This document shows positions 1 through 12,816 of a stretch of 64,000 nt of DNA, piece after piece. The notes below the pieces were generated by a model, which was not told the origin of the DNA, searched no databases, and worked only from the letters and a program-made list of their open reading frames with translations. The DNA lies in assembly GCA_036785375.1 (NCBI GenBank), contig JAWMAR010000077.1:8246001-8310000 (forward strand), given 5' to 3'. Source of the DNA: Leucoraja ocellata. Lineage: Eukaryota. Position numbers and translations under genes: made by a program. The stretch's first letter is position 1. Each line of letters opens with the position of its first letter.

Positions 1-102
1 GCCCTTTCCTTCTCTCCAGAGATGCTGCCTCACCCGTTGAGTTACACCAGCATTTAGTGTCTACCTTCTATTTAAACCAGCATCTTCAGTTCTTTCTTAC
101 AC
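1..102 (+). mobile_element. Partial Penelope-terminus unit at the window edge
   Basis: ctccagagatgctgcctcacccg..gagtt..ccagcattt. Confidence 0.65.
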
Positions 103-420
103 GCACACATATACATACAAGCTTAACCCCTCCCTCCTGAGCCGAGGATTCGCTATGCCCATGGCTAGCCACCAGATGTTGCCACAACGTGACCATTGTT
201 ACCCCGAGACTTGATTATCTCAACACACTCCTTATCTCCTGACTGACCCCGTTCATTCCATCTTTGTGAACTCGAGGCCCTTCAAACCTCCACCATCCCA
301 ACAACTTCATTATAACATTCTCCTCTTTGTTTTTAACTCTCTTCATGACTCTCTTCTCTTCTCTTCTCCCTCCTCTCTCTGTAAACACCTCCGCTCCTAC
401 ATACTTACAACATAATTGAG

Positions 421-715
421 TGGTGCAGTGGAGCTGCTGCCTAACAGGTTTGAGCCCATGGGCTCCTGCCCAAAAAAGACTTTGGGTCAGTTCTGACCTC
501 CTCTATTGTCTGTGTAGAATTTGCTTGTTCTCCTTATGGTAAGATGGTGGCCCCTAAAGATATGTGAGTCGGTAGGTTAATTGGTCATTGTAAATTGCCC
601 TTAGTAGTTGAGCCTGGTGAAACTTGGTGGAATGTGCGGTGAATGAAGTGGGATTATTATAAATGAGTACCAGATGGATACAATGGCCAAAGTGCCCATT
701 TCCATGCTGTATGGC
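421..715 (+). mobile_element. Degenerate HE1-like SINE
   Basis: Weak match to the head, V-domain and tail. Confidence 0.55.
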
Positions 716-1299
716 TAAGAAAACAATTTATTTTGTGTTCCATTAATTTCGTTATCTTGATTTTAATCACTCCTCCATTGGTGGCTTAATCTGCAGCTAT
801 CAACACCAAGGTTATTATCTTGCCAAGTCTATACTCTTGCCCTCTTATTCCTCAATTGGGACGATCCTTCGGTCTTCCTGTCTTGACCAATGTTCTCATA
901 ACTCCTGTTTTGACAAACATGAACTTTGTGCAATGTTTTTGAATGACCTTCTAGGGTTGTATTGCATTAAATTGCATTATACATATGAATTGATGTTGAT
1001 CGAGTGAATATTTTCTTGTCACCGTTCATTTTATATAAATAGAAGTTGTTGTATTTCAATCCCAACCAATCTTCAATACTGAGGGCAAAGAATTATAGAT
1101 TTTTGAGTGTGATATAATCTTAACTCAAAAATCTTTGGGAAGATTGTAAAACTAAAATTTTGAGAGCTATGTCATTGAATGAAGGTTATTTCTCAATGGA
1201 CCGTAGCTGCATTCAAAGCAGGGATGGGGGGACTTTTCTGCCATTATCTATCATTTTACAGATGTGACAGACCTTTCATATAGCTATTGTAACAGCGAA

Positions 1300-1533
1300 A
1301 GGGCCTGTCCCACTTGGGCGACCTAATCTGCGGGTTTGCCCTCGACATACTCGCAGCATGGTAGACACATGGTCGTAGAAGGTCTTCGTAACTCTCTTTC
1401 ATGCTCGAGAGTAGTCCCCACGTACTCGAAGCCTCACCTTGGTCACGGCGTATTTTTCAACATGTTGAACAATGCTCGCGAATAAAAAAAGGTCGCCATG
1501 GAAAAAAATCGATACTTTTTTTACTCGTATACT
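1300..1533. mobile_element. Truncated Harbinger-type MITE (left TIR only)
   Basis: AGGGCCTGTCCCACTT; interior similar to the 53889 copy. Confidence 0.65.
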
Positions 1534-1802
1534 AAGCAAGGTGCCCTACTAGTGGGAGAGTCTAGGAGCAGGGAACATAATCTTAGAATAAAAAGACAAA
1601 CCTTTAGAAAGGAGATGGGATGGAATTTATTTAGGTATACTGTTGAATTCATTGGAACCCAAGTCAATGGATATTTTAAAAGCAGATATTGACAGATTCT
1701 TGACTAGCCAGGGGTTGTGGGGTGGCCAGGAGAATGGGGTTGATAGGGAAATATAGATCAGCCATGATTGAACGGTAGAGTAGACAATGGAAAAAATGGC
1801 CT

Positions 1803-1935
1803 GTGTTTAAGAGGGAACTGCAGATGCTGGAGAATCGAAGGTTACACAAAAAAGCTGGAGAAACTCAGCGGGTGCAGCAGCATCTATGGAGCGAAGGAAA
1901 TAGGCAACGTTTCGGGCCGAAACCCTTCTTCAGAC
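1803..1935 (-). mobile_element. Short Penelope-terminus unit inserted in a CR1 3' end
   Basis: Reverse complement of the pLTR; flanked by duplicated AATGGAAAAA(A)TGGCCT. Confidence 0.8.
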
Positions 1936-2439
1936 CGAAAAATGGCCTAATGGAAAAATGGCCTAATGCATCAATCTTTTCCAGACCCATTGATGCTTTC
2001 TGAATTTTTATGATCTCTTATTTATAAAGAAAACAAGAATATAGATTCCAAATGAAGTCTGCATATTTTTTCCCTTTTCAAACAAGTCAGTGATCCCAGG
2101 AATCAATCTGGTAATTGTTTTGCTGTAGACCCTTGGCAGCAAGTGTATTTCAGAAAAGGAGAGCAAATCTATGGTTTCATTTGGAATCTATAAAGCTACA
2201 GCTAAGCACCTCTGCTCTTGTGTTCAAATCACCTTGGGGGGGAAAAAAAGCCACCATCCATTTTCCTTCCTGATCTTTTACTTTATCAGCATGTAAACTG
2301 TCTGTGCCTTGTGTACAAGATCGCTTAGTTCCCTTTGAACATAAACGTATTTAAATATTTCATCACTTAAAAGATATTTTTAATGTATCAACATGAAATA
2401 TCATGAATATCTGCCAGCATTCTACCAGAAGCCACTGAA

Positions 2440-2639
2440 NNNNNNNNNNNNNNNNNNNNNNNNNNNNNNNNNNNNNNNNNNNNNNNNNNNNNNNNNNNNN
2501 NNNNNNNNNNNNNNNNNNNNNNNNNNNNNNNNNNNNNNNNNNNNNNNNNNNNNNNNNNNNNNNNNNNNNNNNNNNNNNNNNNNNNNNNNNNNNNNNNNNN
2601 NNNNNNNNNNNNNNNNNNNNNNNNNNNNNNNNNNNNNNN
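2440..2639. other. Assembly gap (200 N)
   Basis: Run of exactly 200 N; the true size is unknown. Confidence 0.99.
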
Positions 2640-3036
2640 AACAATTGTGCCAACATGGCAGCAGTCTGTTTCTCAGGTTTTTTGGGAATCACCTCCCAAA
2701 ATCTGAAGTACAACATCAAGGTTTTCCATTGGCAACATATCCAAGATCCAACAAAGCTCCCAAACTTCTTGTTTACGAAGCCTGCCCTTTTCTTCACTAC
2801 CTTGGGCATGCAACATTACTACCCAAATCAGTTGGATGTCTCTTCACAAAGATGTTACAAGGCGCCCAGTGCAAATGACACCTGGGACTTAAAACAAAGA
2901 GGTCAACATTCCCCTCGGTGTTCTAGCATTAAGCTGAACCGCTGGAATCATTGGTCTTACTTTATGGTTTTTAAATGTCCAATGATCAGAGACATTTAAA
3001 AGTTACTAGACCAAGGAGGACCCATTGGGTTGCTAA

Positions 3037-3125
3037 GGGGGAGGGGGGGGGGGGGGGGGGGGGGGGGTGGGGGGGTGGTGCCTGTGGCATCACAATCAAA
3101 CACTAACCACCCCACACACACACAC

Positions 3126-3174
<49 letters not shown>

Positions 3175-3187
3175 CCCCCCCCCCCCC
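3037..3187. repeat. Poly-G, (CA)n and poly-C simple-repeat block
   Basis: G-run at about 3037-3080, (CA)n at about 3113-3170, C-run at 3175-3187. Confidence 0.95.
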
Positions 3188-3724
3188 GATATTATATTAA
3201 TATTCATTTGCTCCTTTTCCCCCATCCCCCGCGCTATCCACTCAAGCATAGCCCCCAACTGTGCAGGCATGGCTCGCGAGGGAGAGGGAGGGGTGTAGAG
3301 ATTGAGTGGTAGGACATTTCTGGCCTCAGCTGTGTGCCACAGCAAAGTTGCTGTGCTTTACACACTGACTCACTGGATTGTTCAGTCAGCATAATCAGTC
3401 CTCTGGTTGTGGACCTCTAAATTGAAACAGAACAGCATCTTCCCCACGGCTCCCAGATTCTGAAACAAAACACCTCTTTCACTCTCCTTCTGCGAAGTGC
3501 TACCACGTACTCTTATTCTACATTATTTGCTTATTCTGATTTTGTACTTAAGGTTTTTTGTTGCTGTTCCTCCCCAACAATCGATGTCCCCAACAGTATA
3601 TTCCCCTACATATTTACACCACCCCCAAAAGCATTACCACAAGCTTCTCTGGATTTACTTCAATTTGCCCTTTGTCTGCTCAATTTGCCCTTTGACCAGA
3701 CCATATATATTTCCTGCTGTCTTA

Positions 3725-3949
3725 AGGGCCTATCCCACGGGCGTCATTTGCGCGTCATTTACGTGACATCATTTACGCGTCACGACGCACACGTGATGTG
3801 CGTATGGGCGTGCATTACACGTGCATGGTGTGTGGTGACGTAGGCAGTGATGCGCCGTCGCTCGCGGCGCCCCCCGGATTTTGGGATTCACAAAATCTTT
3901 GCGTGCCACCTGCATGACGCGCAAATGACGCCCAAGTGGGACAGGCTCT
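3725..3949. mobile_element. PIF/Harbinger-type MITE
   Basis: TIR AGGGCCTATCCCAC / GTGGGACAGGCTCT with extended inverted arms; TSD TTA/TTA. Confidence 0.82.
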
Positions 3950-4709
3950 TTACGCTTCCTCCAAACTTTTAACCACCGCTCGTCCTTGGCTTTCCAAATA
4001 CGTCAGGTTTGCTTTTGGAATACGTGCTGAGATCTATTATTACTGAGAGTGTTCATTACTTCATTGTTTATTGTCATCCAAATATGAATATGACAGGACT
4101 ATGATGTTCAGCTGTGAATCTTTTCTTGTGGGATATTAAGCTGTCCAGTTGATCTTTTTCAAGTGGCAGTGTGGTAACTTTGCTAGACTGCCATGTCACC
4201 TTTATGTGTGCCTAGTGCTGCTCCTGACATTCTGTTGTGCACTCCTTATCATTGCCTTACCTTGATAATCGCGGGGTTGTGGGGTAGACTGACTGCCCTC
4301 CCCTTCCCCCCCCCCCCCCCCCTCACCTTCCCCCCCCCCCCCCCCCCCCCCCCCCCACCCTCCCCCAATCTTTGCACCTCCACAAACCTTTCCACTCATC
4401 ACTTTAATTTCATGTTTCATGTTTTTTTTTTATGACTGTTGGCAGACTAATTTCGCTCCTGGGATAAATAAAGTTTTATCGTATCATATATAATGTAGAG
4501 GAAGCAGTTTAAACGACGATGAATTTGTTGATTGTTTTGCAGCTGTCAGTCTAGCACTTAGTACAGTATATCTGCATTATTTTTTTCTTGGAACATTAAA
4601 AGATTCCATCTAACATTGGCTTTGTAATTTAATTTAAGTACACCTTTTATTTTTAATAAGAATTTCTCAATTTTACAATTGTTCTTTATATCAACCTACT
4701 ACTTTTTCC

Positions 4710-5085
4710 TTTAGAGTCATAGTCATAGTCATAGAGCATGGAAACAGCATGTAAACAGGCCCTTCAGTCCAACCTGCCCACACCGGCCAACATGTCCCAG
4801 CTACACTAGTCCCATCTGCCCATGTTTGGTCCATATCCCTCCAAGCCTGTCATATCCATGTACCTGTCTAACCATTTCTTAAATGTTGGGATAGTCCCAG
4901 CCTCAACTACCTCCTCTGGAAGTTTGTTCTGTACACCCCACCCACCCTTTGTGTGGAAAAAGTTGCCCCTCAGATTCCTATTAAATTCTTTTCTCCTTCA
5001 CCTTAAACCTATGTCCTCTTGTCCTCGGTTCACCTACTCTGGGCAAGAAACCATGTGCATCTACCCAATCTATTCCTCTCATACG
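4710..5085 (-). mobile_element. CR1 (family B-like) 3' fragment
   Basis: 3' UTR aacaggcccttc and (gtcata)n tail. Confidence 0.7.
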
Positions 5086-5998
5086 AGAGAAACCTTAGAT
5101 TCTGGATCTCCTCACACCCTTCTCAATTTTTATAATGTCAGATTTTGACAGCTTCTCCAGGTGCTTGAGACCTGAGGAGATGATTAAAATCTGTTCTTCG
5201 TGTAAAGCTTTGATGCAAAACAATGTTGTGGTATGGGGTTAGTAGGGAGAGGTAGATCAGCCATGATTGAATGGCGGAATATTCTTGTTGGGGCCGAATG
5301 GCTTAATTCTACTCCAATCACTTATGCTCTTGACCCCACCCTTTGCAGTCTGTGAACCTGTCAGCAATTGATCTGGTTTACTCTGCAAGTCAAGCCTTTC
5401 AGCAAATTAATGACACAAAGTTGTACTGTTTTGCTTAATGCTCTGGATCTCATCCGTAAGGGAATTTTGGATTTTTGGGGTATCATGAAAACATTCATTG
5501 GCCGGCTGAGTATTGCACATTTAAAAACACCATATTGCTCATTTAAAAACACCATCGAAGCATTTCTATGCCATTTCCTCTCACTATTTCATTTGATTCT
5601 CGAGAGATTAAGAGCTATTTTGAAACGCACTAAGAGACTTTTTGGAACAACTTTTAAGACTGCAACATTTGAGAACCTTTACTCTGGCAATTCTCATGGT
5701 ATATCACCAAGGAAAGGGAATGCCTTGTTACTCCATGTTATGGGACAGTTAATAGTCAGTCACCAGGGAATAGCTTGATCATGAGGAATCTTAGAGCAAG
5801 ATTCCCACTTGGGCTGCAGGTTGAAGAAAAATTAAGCCAGATAGAAGGGCACCTTCAGTTAAAACCCATAGGGTGATCGGAGTGAAGGGGAATTATTTTC
5901 TAATGCTACATTGCATCCATTCTCTTCTGAGGCTCCAGAGACATGCAGAAGAAACTGTTCCCGCACTTTAGTCTAGCAACCATTCTGAAAGTGTGTTA

Positions 5999-6213
5999 AG
6001 GGCCTGCCCACTTTCCTGAGTCCTCTGCTGAGTCCTCTGCTGAGTTGAATTTCTATGTGTCTATGTTGAAAGGATCTTAAAAAAAAAATCAAGATTTTTG
6101 TGATCGAACTCTTCCTCCCGACTATCTTTTTACTCATGGACATTCTCCAAGTTTGAATCAAGGGGAAAACTCAGGGGAATTCATGAGTAACTCGGGAAAG
6201 TGGGACAGGCCCT
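5999..6213. mobile_element. PIF/Harbinger-type MITE
   Basis: TIR AGGGCCTG-CCCACTTTCC / GGAAAGTGGGACAGGCCCT; TSD TTA/TTA. Confidence 0.82.
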
Positions 6214-7169
6214 TTATCGTGTGTCAGCACAAGTATTTCTCACCTTGAGTGTGCACATAGTGCCCATAAATACTGCTGTTATCAGTGGCCAAATATCCAA
6301 TTCAAGCATGTCCAGCCAATTTCTAATTATGATAATCAGCAATGAAGGTCAAAGTTACTGGTCAGAATATTCCCTTCATGAAGGCGTATCATAAATTCAC
6401 AAAATTCACTGAGCATCATATTATACCAAGACAAACCCGTATAATTCCTTTTCATGCACATAATCTGTTTTTGGTGTAGTTCATTTCTTAAATGCGAAAG
6501 TTTCGTCTTTTCCGCATTGTTAAAGTACAAAATTGTAAATACCAAGGCAAATTGTCTTCTGATTTATTAAAGTTAGCCATCTCTATCATGTCTGAAATCC
6601 AGTGTCATGTAATCTTTGATAAAGATTGCCAATTCTTCCCACAACCTCTCCATTTCTACTTTTGCTTGCAGTAGGTTCCCATGATTGATATTGCAATATT
6701 CCATTTGTTGTTTGCTTATTACTTTTATTCAAAATATATTTATTTACATGAGTGCTTGACTGGTGATTATAACCTCCACTATTATTTTATTATATTCCTT
6801 TCTGTTCCTTCTACTTTTTCCCCTCCTTTCTTATTTCTGCACTCTAAAGAATCGTCATTGCTATTGCTATTGCTATTGCACATATTCTTTACTTGCATTT
6901 TCTGAAAAAATGTGCTTGTCTGCTGCAGGACTAGTTTTGTTCTGCTGAAACCAACAATGATGAAGGTGATTGTGGTGACAATGGTCATTGAAGAGGGTAG
7001 TAAATGTTGTCAGCTTGAACTTTAATAAGGCAGTTGATGAAGTTCCTCATGGTAGACAATATAACAGGTGTGATCTCATCAGGGCCCAGAAGGCCCTCTT
7101 TGCTCCTAAACTGAAATCTTGTATCTACACTATCTATACCTATCATAATCTTATATACTTCTATTGTCT

Positions 7170-7810
7170 ACCCTGAATCTCCGAGGCTCCAGAGAAAACA
7201 ATCCATGTTTTTCCAACTTCTTCAAATACCCTCCAAAGTATGCATCATTCTTGTAAACCTTTTTGGTGTCCTCTTCAAAGCCTCTACATCCTTTCTGTAA
7301 CTGCACACAATACTCCAAATGCAGCCCAACCAAAGTTTTATAAAACTGCAACATAACTTCCTGACTTTTACACTCAAAGCCCTGCTGATGAGGGCAAACC
7401 TACCAGATGCCTTCTTTGCCCCTCCAACTATTTGTGTTGCTATTTTCAGGGAGTTATGGACCCAGATTCCTAGATTTCCCTGTGCATCAAGGATTTTAAT
7501 GGTCTTGCCATTAAACTGTTTATTTCCCCCTTACATTTGACCTCCTAAAATACAATACCTCTCACTTGCTTGGGTTAAACTCCACATGCCATTTTTCTGC
7601 CCATTTTTACAGCTGATCTCAATTCCACTGTATACTGTAATGGATTTCCTCACTGTCTGCAACTCCATCAATTTGTGAGGTGCCTGCACATTTACTAACC
7701 AGCTCATCCACATTCATGTCCAGTTCATTTAGATAAGGTCACAACACAGCTCATTGCAGAACTCCACTGGTCACAGACATCTGGCCAGGATACTAGTCTT
7801 CCACTACAGC
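7170..7810 (-). mobile_element. Old CR1 fragment
   Basis: MLQFYKTLVGLHLEYCVQ, decayed. Confidence 0.7.
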
Positions 7811-7834
7811 GCTCCAACTTCTGTGAGAAGAAAA

Positions 7835-8530
7835 TGTAACCCTACGTTTTAAGAAAGGAGAGAGAGAGAGAGAGAGAGAGAAAATAGGGATTTATAGACC
7901 AGTTAGCCTGACACCAATAGTGGGGAAGATGCTTGAGTCGATTATTTGAAGATGTACCATGAAAGCAGTGACAGGATCAGTCAAAGTCAGCATAGAATTA
8001 TGAAGGGGAAATCATGCTTGACTAATCTTCTGGAATTATTTGTGGATGCAACAAGTAGAATGGATAGGGGAGAACCAGTGGATGCGGTGATAGCAAGAAT
8101 ATTCTTGCTATTGAGGGAGTGAAGCATAGGTTCACCAGGTTAATTCCCGGGATGGCGGGACTGCCATATGATGAAAGAATAGATTGACTGGGCTTATATT
8201 CACTGGAATTTAGTGGGATGAGAGCGAATCATCAAAAAAAGTAAAATTATTATGGAATTGGACAGGCTAGATGCAGGGAAAATGTTCCTGATGTTGAGGG
8301 AGTCCAGTACCAGCGGCCATAGTTTAAGAATAACGGGTAGGCCTTTTAAGACTGAGTTGAGGAAAAACTTTTTCACCCAGAGAGTTGTGAATTTGTGGAA
8401 GGTAGTGGAGGCCAATTCACTGGATATAATCAAGAAAGAGTTGGATATAGCTCTTAGGGTTAATGGAATCATGGGATATGGGGAGAAAGTAGGAACAGGG
8501 TACTGATTCTGGATGATCAGCCATGACATT
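7835..8530 (+). mobile_element. CR1 fragments, internally deleted
   Basis: [15 protein letters not shown]-like segment joined to the C-terminus RKNFFTQRVVNLW. Confidence 0.8.
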
Positions 8531-9491
8531 ATCCAATACCTTACTAAAATCCTTGCAGATAATATTAGACTCTGAACATAATTGATGTACATAGGGATAT
8601 TGAGGTTGAAGACCAATGCTTCCTGAAAGTGACAAGGCGTATGGTATTCATTATTTATATGGTATTCAATGTTTGCCTTTATTATTGGGGCATTGAGTAT
8701 AAGAATCAGGAAGACAGGCATTTAAGAGTTGTTTAGATAGGCACATGAATATATGTACAGAGAGAATAGAGTGATAAGAATAATTTGCAGGTTAAGTAGA
8801 TTAGTTTAATATGGCAGTGGAGCAATTTGGCATCTTATTAAGCACAGACATTGTGGGCTGAAGGGCCTTTTCCTGTGCCACTGTGTTGATTTATGTCCTA
8901 TTCGGCCTGGTCTGTTTTATCCTAGAAATGTTCCTCATGTCCCAGAAATTTGAAACCTGATTCAAGTGTAGTGTACTATTTATGCTTCCGTTCTCATCAG
9001 TTATCAACCTCGTCATTCCTGATGATCCCGCCATAGAAAGAAAAATGTAGTTGTTCCCTTCTCATTTCTTGTAAAGAAAAATCATCCTTTAGATTTTCAG
9101 TACAAGATTTTTTTCACCTGCAGGTTATGTTTTCTTCTGCCATCCCACTCAATTTTCAAATGTAAAAAAAAACACTTTTATTGGGAAGGTCAGTCAAGAC
9201 AAATATTCCATTGACATAATGGAGGTGTAGTGTGCGAGGAAATGTTTTCAAGGAATTTGCACTGCTTCAACCAGTTCTAATAAAGAAAGTAAATGAATTA
9301 TACGTTTTTTTTAAATTATGATTTTGTGTCATCAACTTTAAATTGAACACTTTTAAACAGGCAGAAGGATGTGCAGGGGATGAAGGGACCTGGATCGTGT
9401 TTATCGTACCGTCATGTTCGGCACAGGTATTGTGGGCTGAAGGGCATGTTTCTGTGCTGTATTTTTCTATGCTCGATGTTATTGAAGATAG

Positions 9492-9709
9492 TGTAGCGGC
9501 TCCCAAGGGTCGCGCCATCATAGCTGTTGAACCCCTCGGCACGGGAGTGGTTCAGTCCGGAGGCGGCCCTTAACCAGAGGGTTTAAAGGCAGGGGTTTGG
9601 GTGCCATCTTTCTCTCGTTTGGACTTCCCTACAACTGTGAGGAACATAATTAAAGGTGCCTCTCAAAATACTTGACTCCTCACTTCCTTTTTGAGACCCA
9701 TGCACCACA
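9492..9709 (+). repeat. 5' LTR of the CsRn1-like Gypsy
   Basis: TGTAGCGG...CACCACA, direct repeat of 12599-12816. Confidence 0.95.
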
Positions 9710-9737
9710 TTGGTGACCTCGATGCTCCATTGTCGTC

Positions 9738-10584
9738 ATGATGGAGAAAGAAGAACGCACTACCTCCTCACAGGCCGGCCAGGCCGTGTCTCTGGACGCG
9801 GGGTCAGTAAAATTGTCCAACTTCTGGACCACCCGGCCGCACATCTGGTTCCAGCAGGCAAAGGCCCAGTTCAACCTGCGGGGCATCACAGTCGATGCCA
9901 CCCGCTTCTATTACCTAGTGGGGGCCCTCGACCAGGATACGGTCGAGGAGGTCACGGACTTCCTCGCAGCCCCCCCGGACACCGATAAATATCTCGGCCT
10001 TAAGGAGCTCCTGCTCCAGATTTATGGACTAAGCAGGATGGAGCGTGCTGCTAGGATTCTGCATATGGAGGGCCTAGGCGACCGACGGCCATCTAGCCTC
10101 CTAAAGGAGATGGAGGCTCACGCTGTGCCTGATGCTAGACTACACCTACCTCCATCTACTGCTGGCCTACATCCGTCTTCAGCTAACGGACGCCTCCTTC
10201 GGCGACATCAGGGCCCTCGGGAGGCGCGCCGACGCACTGTGGATTGCGTGCCCTGATAACGTCAACGCCCTGGCCGTCGGCAGGCACGCCGATGATGTCA
10301 CCCCGGCAGCTCCCGATTTCCTCCGGTGGGGCGGGGGAGCTGTGGAAGAAGTGACAGCTCCAGCCCGACGGCCCATAAGATCGCCCCCCCCCGTGGCCGT
10401 GACGGGTACTGCACCTGCAGTCCAGCGCCAGCAAGCTGCAGGCACCACCAACAGGAGCCGGCAAGCTCCAAGTACCACCAACATGAGGCACTGGTGCTAC
10501 TTCCATCAGCGCTGGGGTGCTGCAGCGCGACAATGCCGCCAGCTGTGCATGTTCCCGGGAAATGCCTGGGCTGGCTGCCAATAG
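9738..10584 (+). pseudogene. gag, frameshifted near 10120-10135
   Basis: VKLSNFWTTRPHIWFQQAKAQF capsid-like start. C-X2-H-X9-C-X3-C motif CYFHQRWGAAARQCRQLC at the C-terminus. Split over ORFs 9738 and 10132. Confidence 0.85.
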
Positions 10585-12560
10585 TTCCTGTGGTGGCCGG
10601 CCAAATTCACCGCCTCTTCGCCTGGGATCGGCGCTCCAGGACCCACTTCCTCGTTGATACTGGAGCAGAGCTCAGCGTCCTGCCCCCTTCGCTGGCCGAC
10701 ATTCGTTCCGGTAAGCGGGGGCCCGTCCTCACCGTGGCGAATGGCAGCCCCATCCACACGTATGGAGTGCGCATCGTTCCAATCGTGTTCGGCTCCTGCC
10801 ATTTCTCGTGGCGGTTCACCATTGCTGATGTCTCCCAGCCATTGCTCGGGGCCAACTTCCTCCGGGTGGACGTCAGGCATCAGCGCTTGGTCAACGCCAC
10901 TACGATGGAGCCGATCATGTTGCGTTTGGATCAGCCGGTGGGATGGCCCCTGTCATCCTTAGACTTCCGCTTTGCACAGATCTTGGCCGCGTTCCTGGAC
11001 ATTCTGACCCCACAGTTTCGGTCATTGACCCCCAGTCACAGAGTGATACATTTTATCCTGACTACCGGCCCACCTCTCCACGCATGAGCATGCCGACTGC
11101 CGCCAGATAAACTGCGTCTGGCATGGCAGGAATTCCGCACTATGGGGGCCTTGGGGATCGTCCGCCTTTCAAGCAGCCCATGGGCATCCCCACTCCACAT
11201 GGTCCCTAAGGCAAGCAGGGGCTGGCGACCTTGCGGGGATTACCGACGGCTGAACGCCACAAGACGGCCATCTCCGGCCTCCGCCTTGAGGATGTCCCAC
11301 TCGGTCCTGGAGGAGCGACAAACTTGTGCGATGTTTCGTCCGGTCAGCCGCGCCCCATCGTCCCTGCCGCCTGGCGCCGGAGGGTGTTCGAAGTCATCCA
11401 CGGACTGTCTCACCCATCAATCCGGACGACAACGGCACTAGTGGCTGTTCGTTTCATGTGACACGGTCTGCGCAAGCAGGTTGGCAATTGGGCTCGCACC
11501 TGCATTCTGTGCCAGATGGCAAAAATCCAGCGCCATGTCCGTGCGTATCTCCAGGAGTTTGGTCTACCTCACTGGCGATTCGACCATCTACACATGGACA
11601 TTGTGGGGCTTCTCCCGCCATCCCGGGGCATCACCCACCTTCTCACAATGGTGGACCACTTCACGCGGTGGACGGAGGCCATTCCGCTGGCCGATACTTC
11701 AACGGCTATGTGCGCTCGTGCGTTGTCTGTTCACTGGATTGCTCGCTTCGGGGTGCCGGCGCACATCTCCTCAGATCGGGTGCCACAGTTCACCTCCGAG
11801 CTGTGGTCAGCCATGGCTCACTTGCTGGGGGTGCGGCTACACCACACCACGGCTTACCACCCGCAAGCTAACAGTCTGGTGGAGAGGTTCCACCGGCAGC
11901 TAAAGGCAGCGCTGAAGGTGCGACTCTTCGGCCCGGACTGGATGGACGAGTTGCCGTGGGTCATGCTGGGCATTTGGACTGCTCCTGAAGAGGACTTGGC
12001 CTCATCATCGGCGGAGCTCGTGTACGGGTCGCCACTCACGGTGCCCGGGGAGTTCATGCAGTCAGCGCCGGGGCAGCAGGGAACGCACTCATCCACCCTA
12101 AAGCGCCTTCGCGAGCGAGTTGGCAGGCTCGCACCCGTCCCGATGTTCGGCCATGGGACATTTCGCCCGCATGTGCCATCAGCCCTCAGGGACTGCCCAT
12201 ACGTTTTCCTGCACCATTATGTCCACCAGACGCCACTCCAGAGGCCGTACGAGGGCCCGTTCTGGGTGCTGGAACATGGGCAGACGACTTTTGTGCTGGA
12301 CATGGGCGGCCGTCCGGAGACCGTGTCGATCGACCGGTTGAAGCCAACACACCTGGACATTGACCAGCCGGTGCTGGTTGCCCAACCTCGGCCTCGAGGA
12401 CGCCCCCCTTCACGGCTCCCTCCGCCTGTCACTCCACCTGTCCTCCCGCCGGTCCCTCGATCTTTCCCTCGACCTGTCCCTCCACCTATGCCTCCGCCAG
12501 CCCCACGATCTGCTGACTTCCGCACGTGGGCCGGCAGGGTCGTACGCCCACTGGTGCATT
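10557..12560 (+). pseudogene. pol remnant: aspartic protease, RT N-terminus only, integrase
   Basis: FLVDTGAELSVLP (protease). SSPWASPLHMVPK..WRPCGDYRRLN (RT start) jumps near 11261 to pre-integrase sequence. HGLSH...CILC zinc finger and HMDIVG/ISSDR/VERFHRQLK DDE core with a GPF motif. Internal stops present. Confidence 0.88.
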
Positions 12561-12598
12561 TCGTGCCTCGGGTTCTTGGGGGGGGGGGGGGGGGGTCC

Positions 12599-12816
12599 TG
12601 TGGCGGCTCCCAAGGGTCGCGCCATCATAGCTGTCGAACCCCTCGGCACGGGAGTGGTTCAGTCCGGAGGTGGCCCTTAACCAGAGGGTTTAAAGGCAGG
12701 GGTTTGGGTGCCATCTTTCTCTCGTTTGGACGTCCCTACAACCGGGAGGAACATAATTAAAGGTGCCTCTGAAAATACTTGACTCCTCTCTTCCTTTTTG
12801 AGACCCACGCACCACA
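12599..12816 (+). repeat. 3' LTR of the CsRn1-like Gypsy
   Basis: TGTGGCGG...CACCACA following a G-tract PPT. Confidence 0.95.

Larger units (their letters stand above)
9492..12816 (+). mobile_element. Gypsy LTR retrotransposon, CsRn1-like, internally deleted (non-autonomous)
   Basis: 218-bp TG...CA LTRs at 9492-9709 and 12599-12816 (9 mismatches by eye). PBS TGGTGACCTCGATG resembles the tRNA-Trp 3' complement. Poly-G PPT at 12578-12595. Imperfect 4-bp TSD ATAG/AGAG. Internal order gag-PR-(RT start)-IN. Confidence 0.93.

Noticed and set aside
2363-2878. ORFs spanning X runs
   Set aside because: Artefact of the 200-N gap.
4299-4367. Long C/G homopolymers (also at about 3043, 32095, 41550, 61612) as functional G-quadruplexes
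   Set aside because: They mostly sit in or beside TE-derived G/C-rich tracts, and homopolymer lengths are error-prone in assemblies.
5368-5778. 136-aa ORF in apparently unique sequence
   Set aside because: Non-ATG start, no motif and no splice support; consistent with chance.
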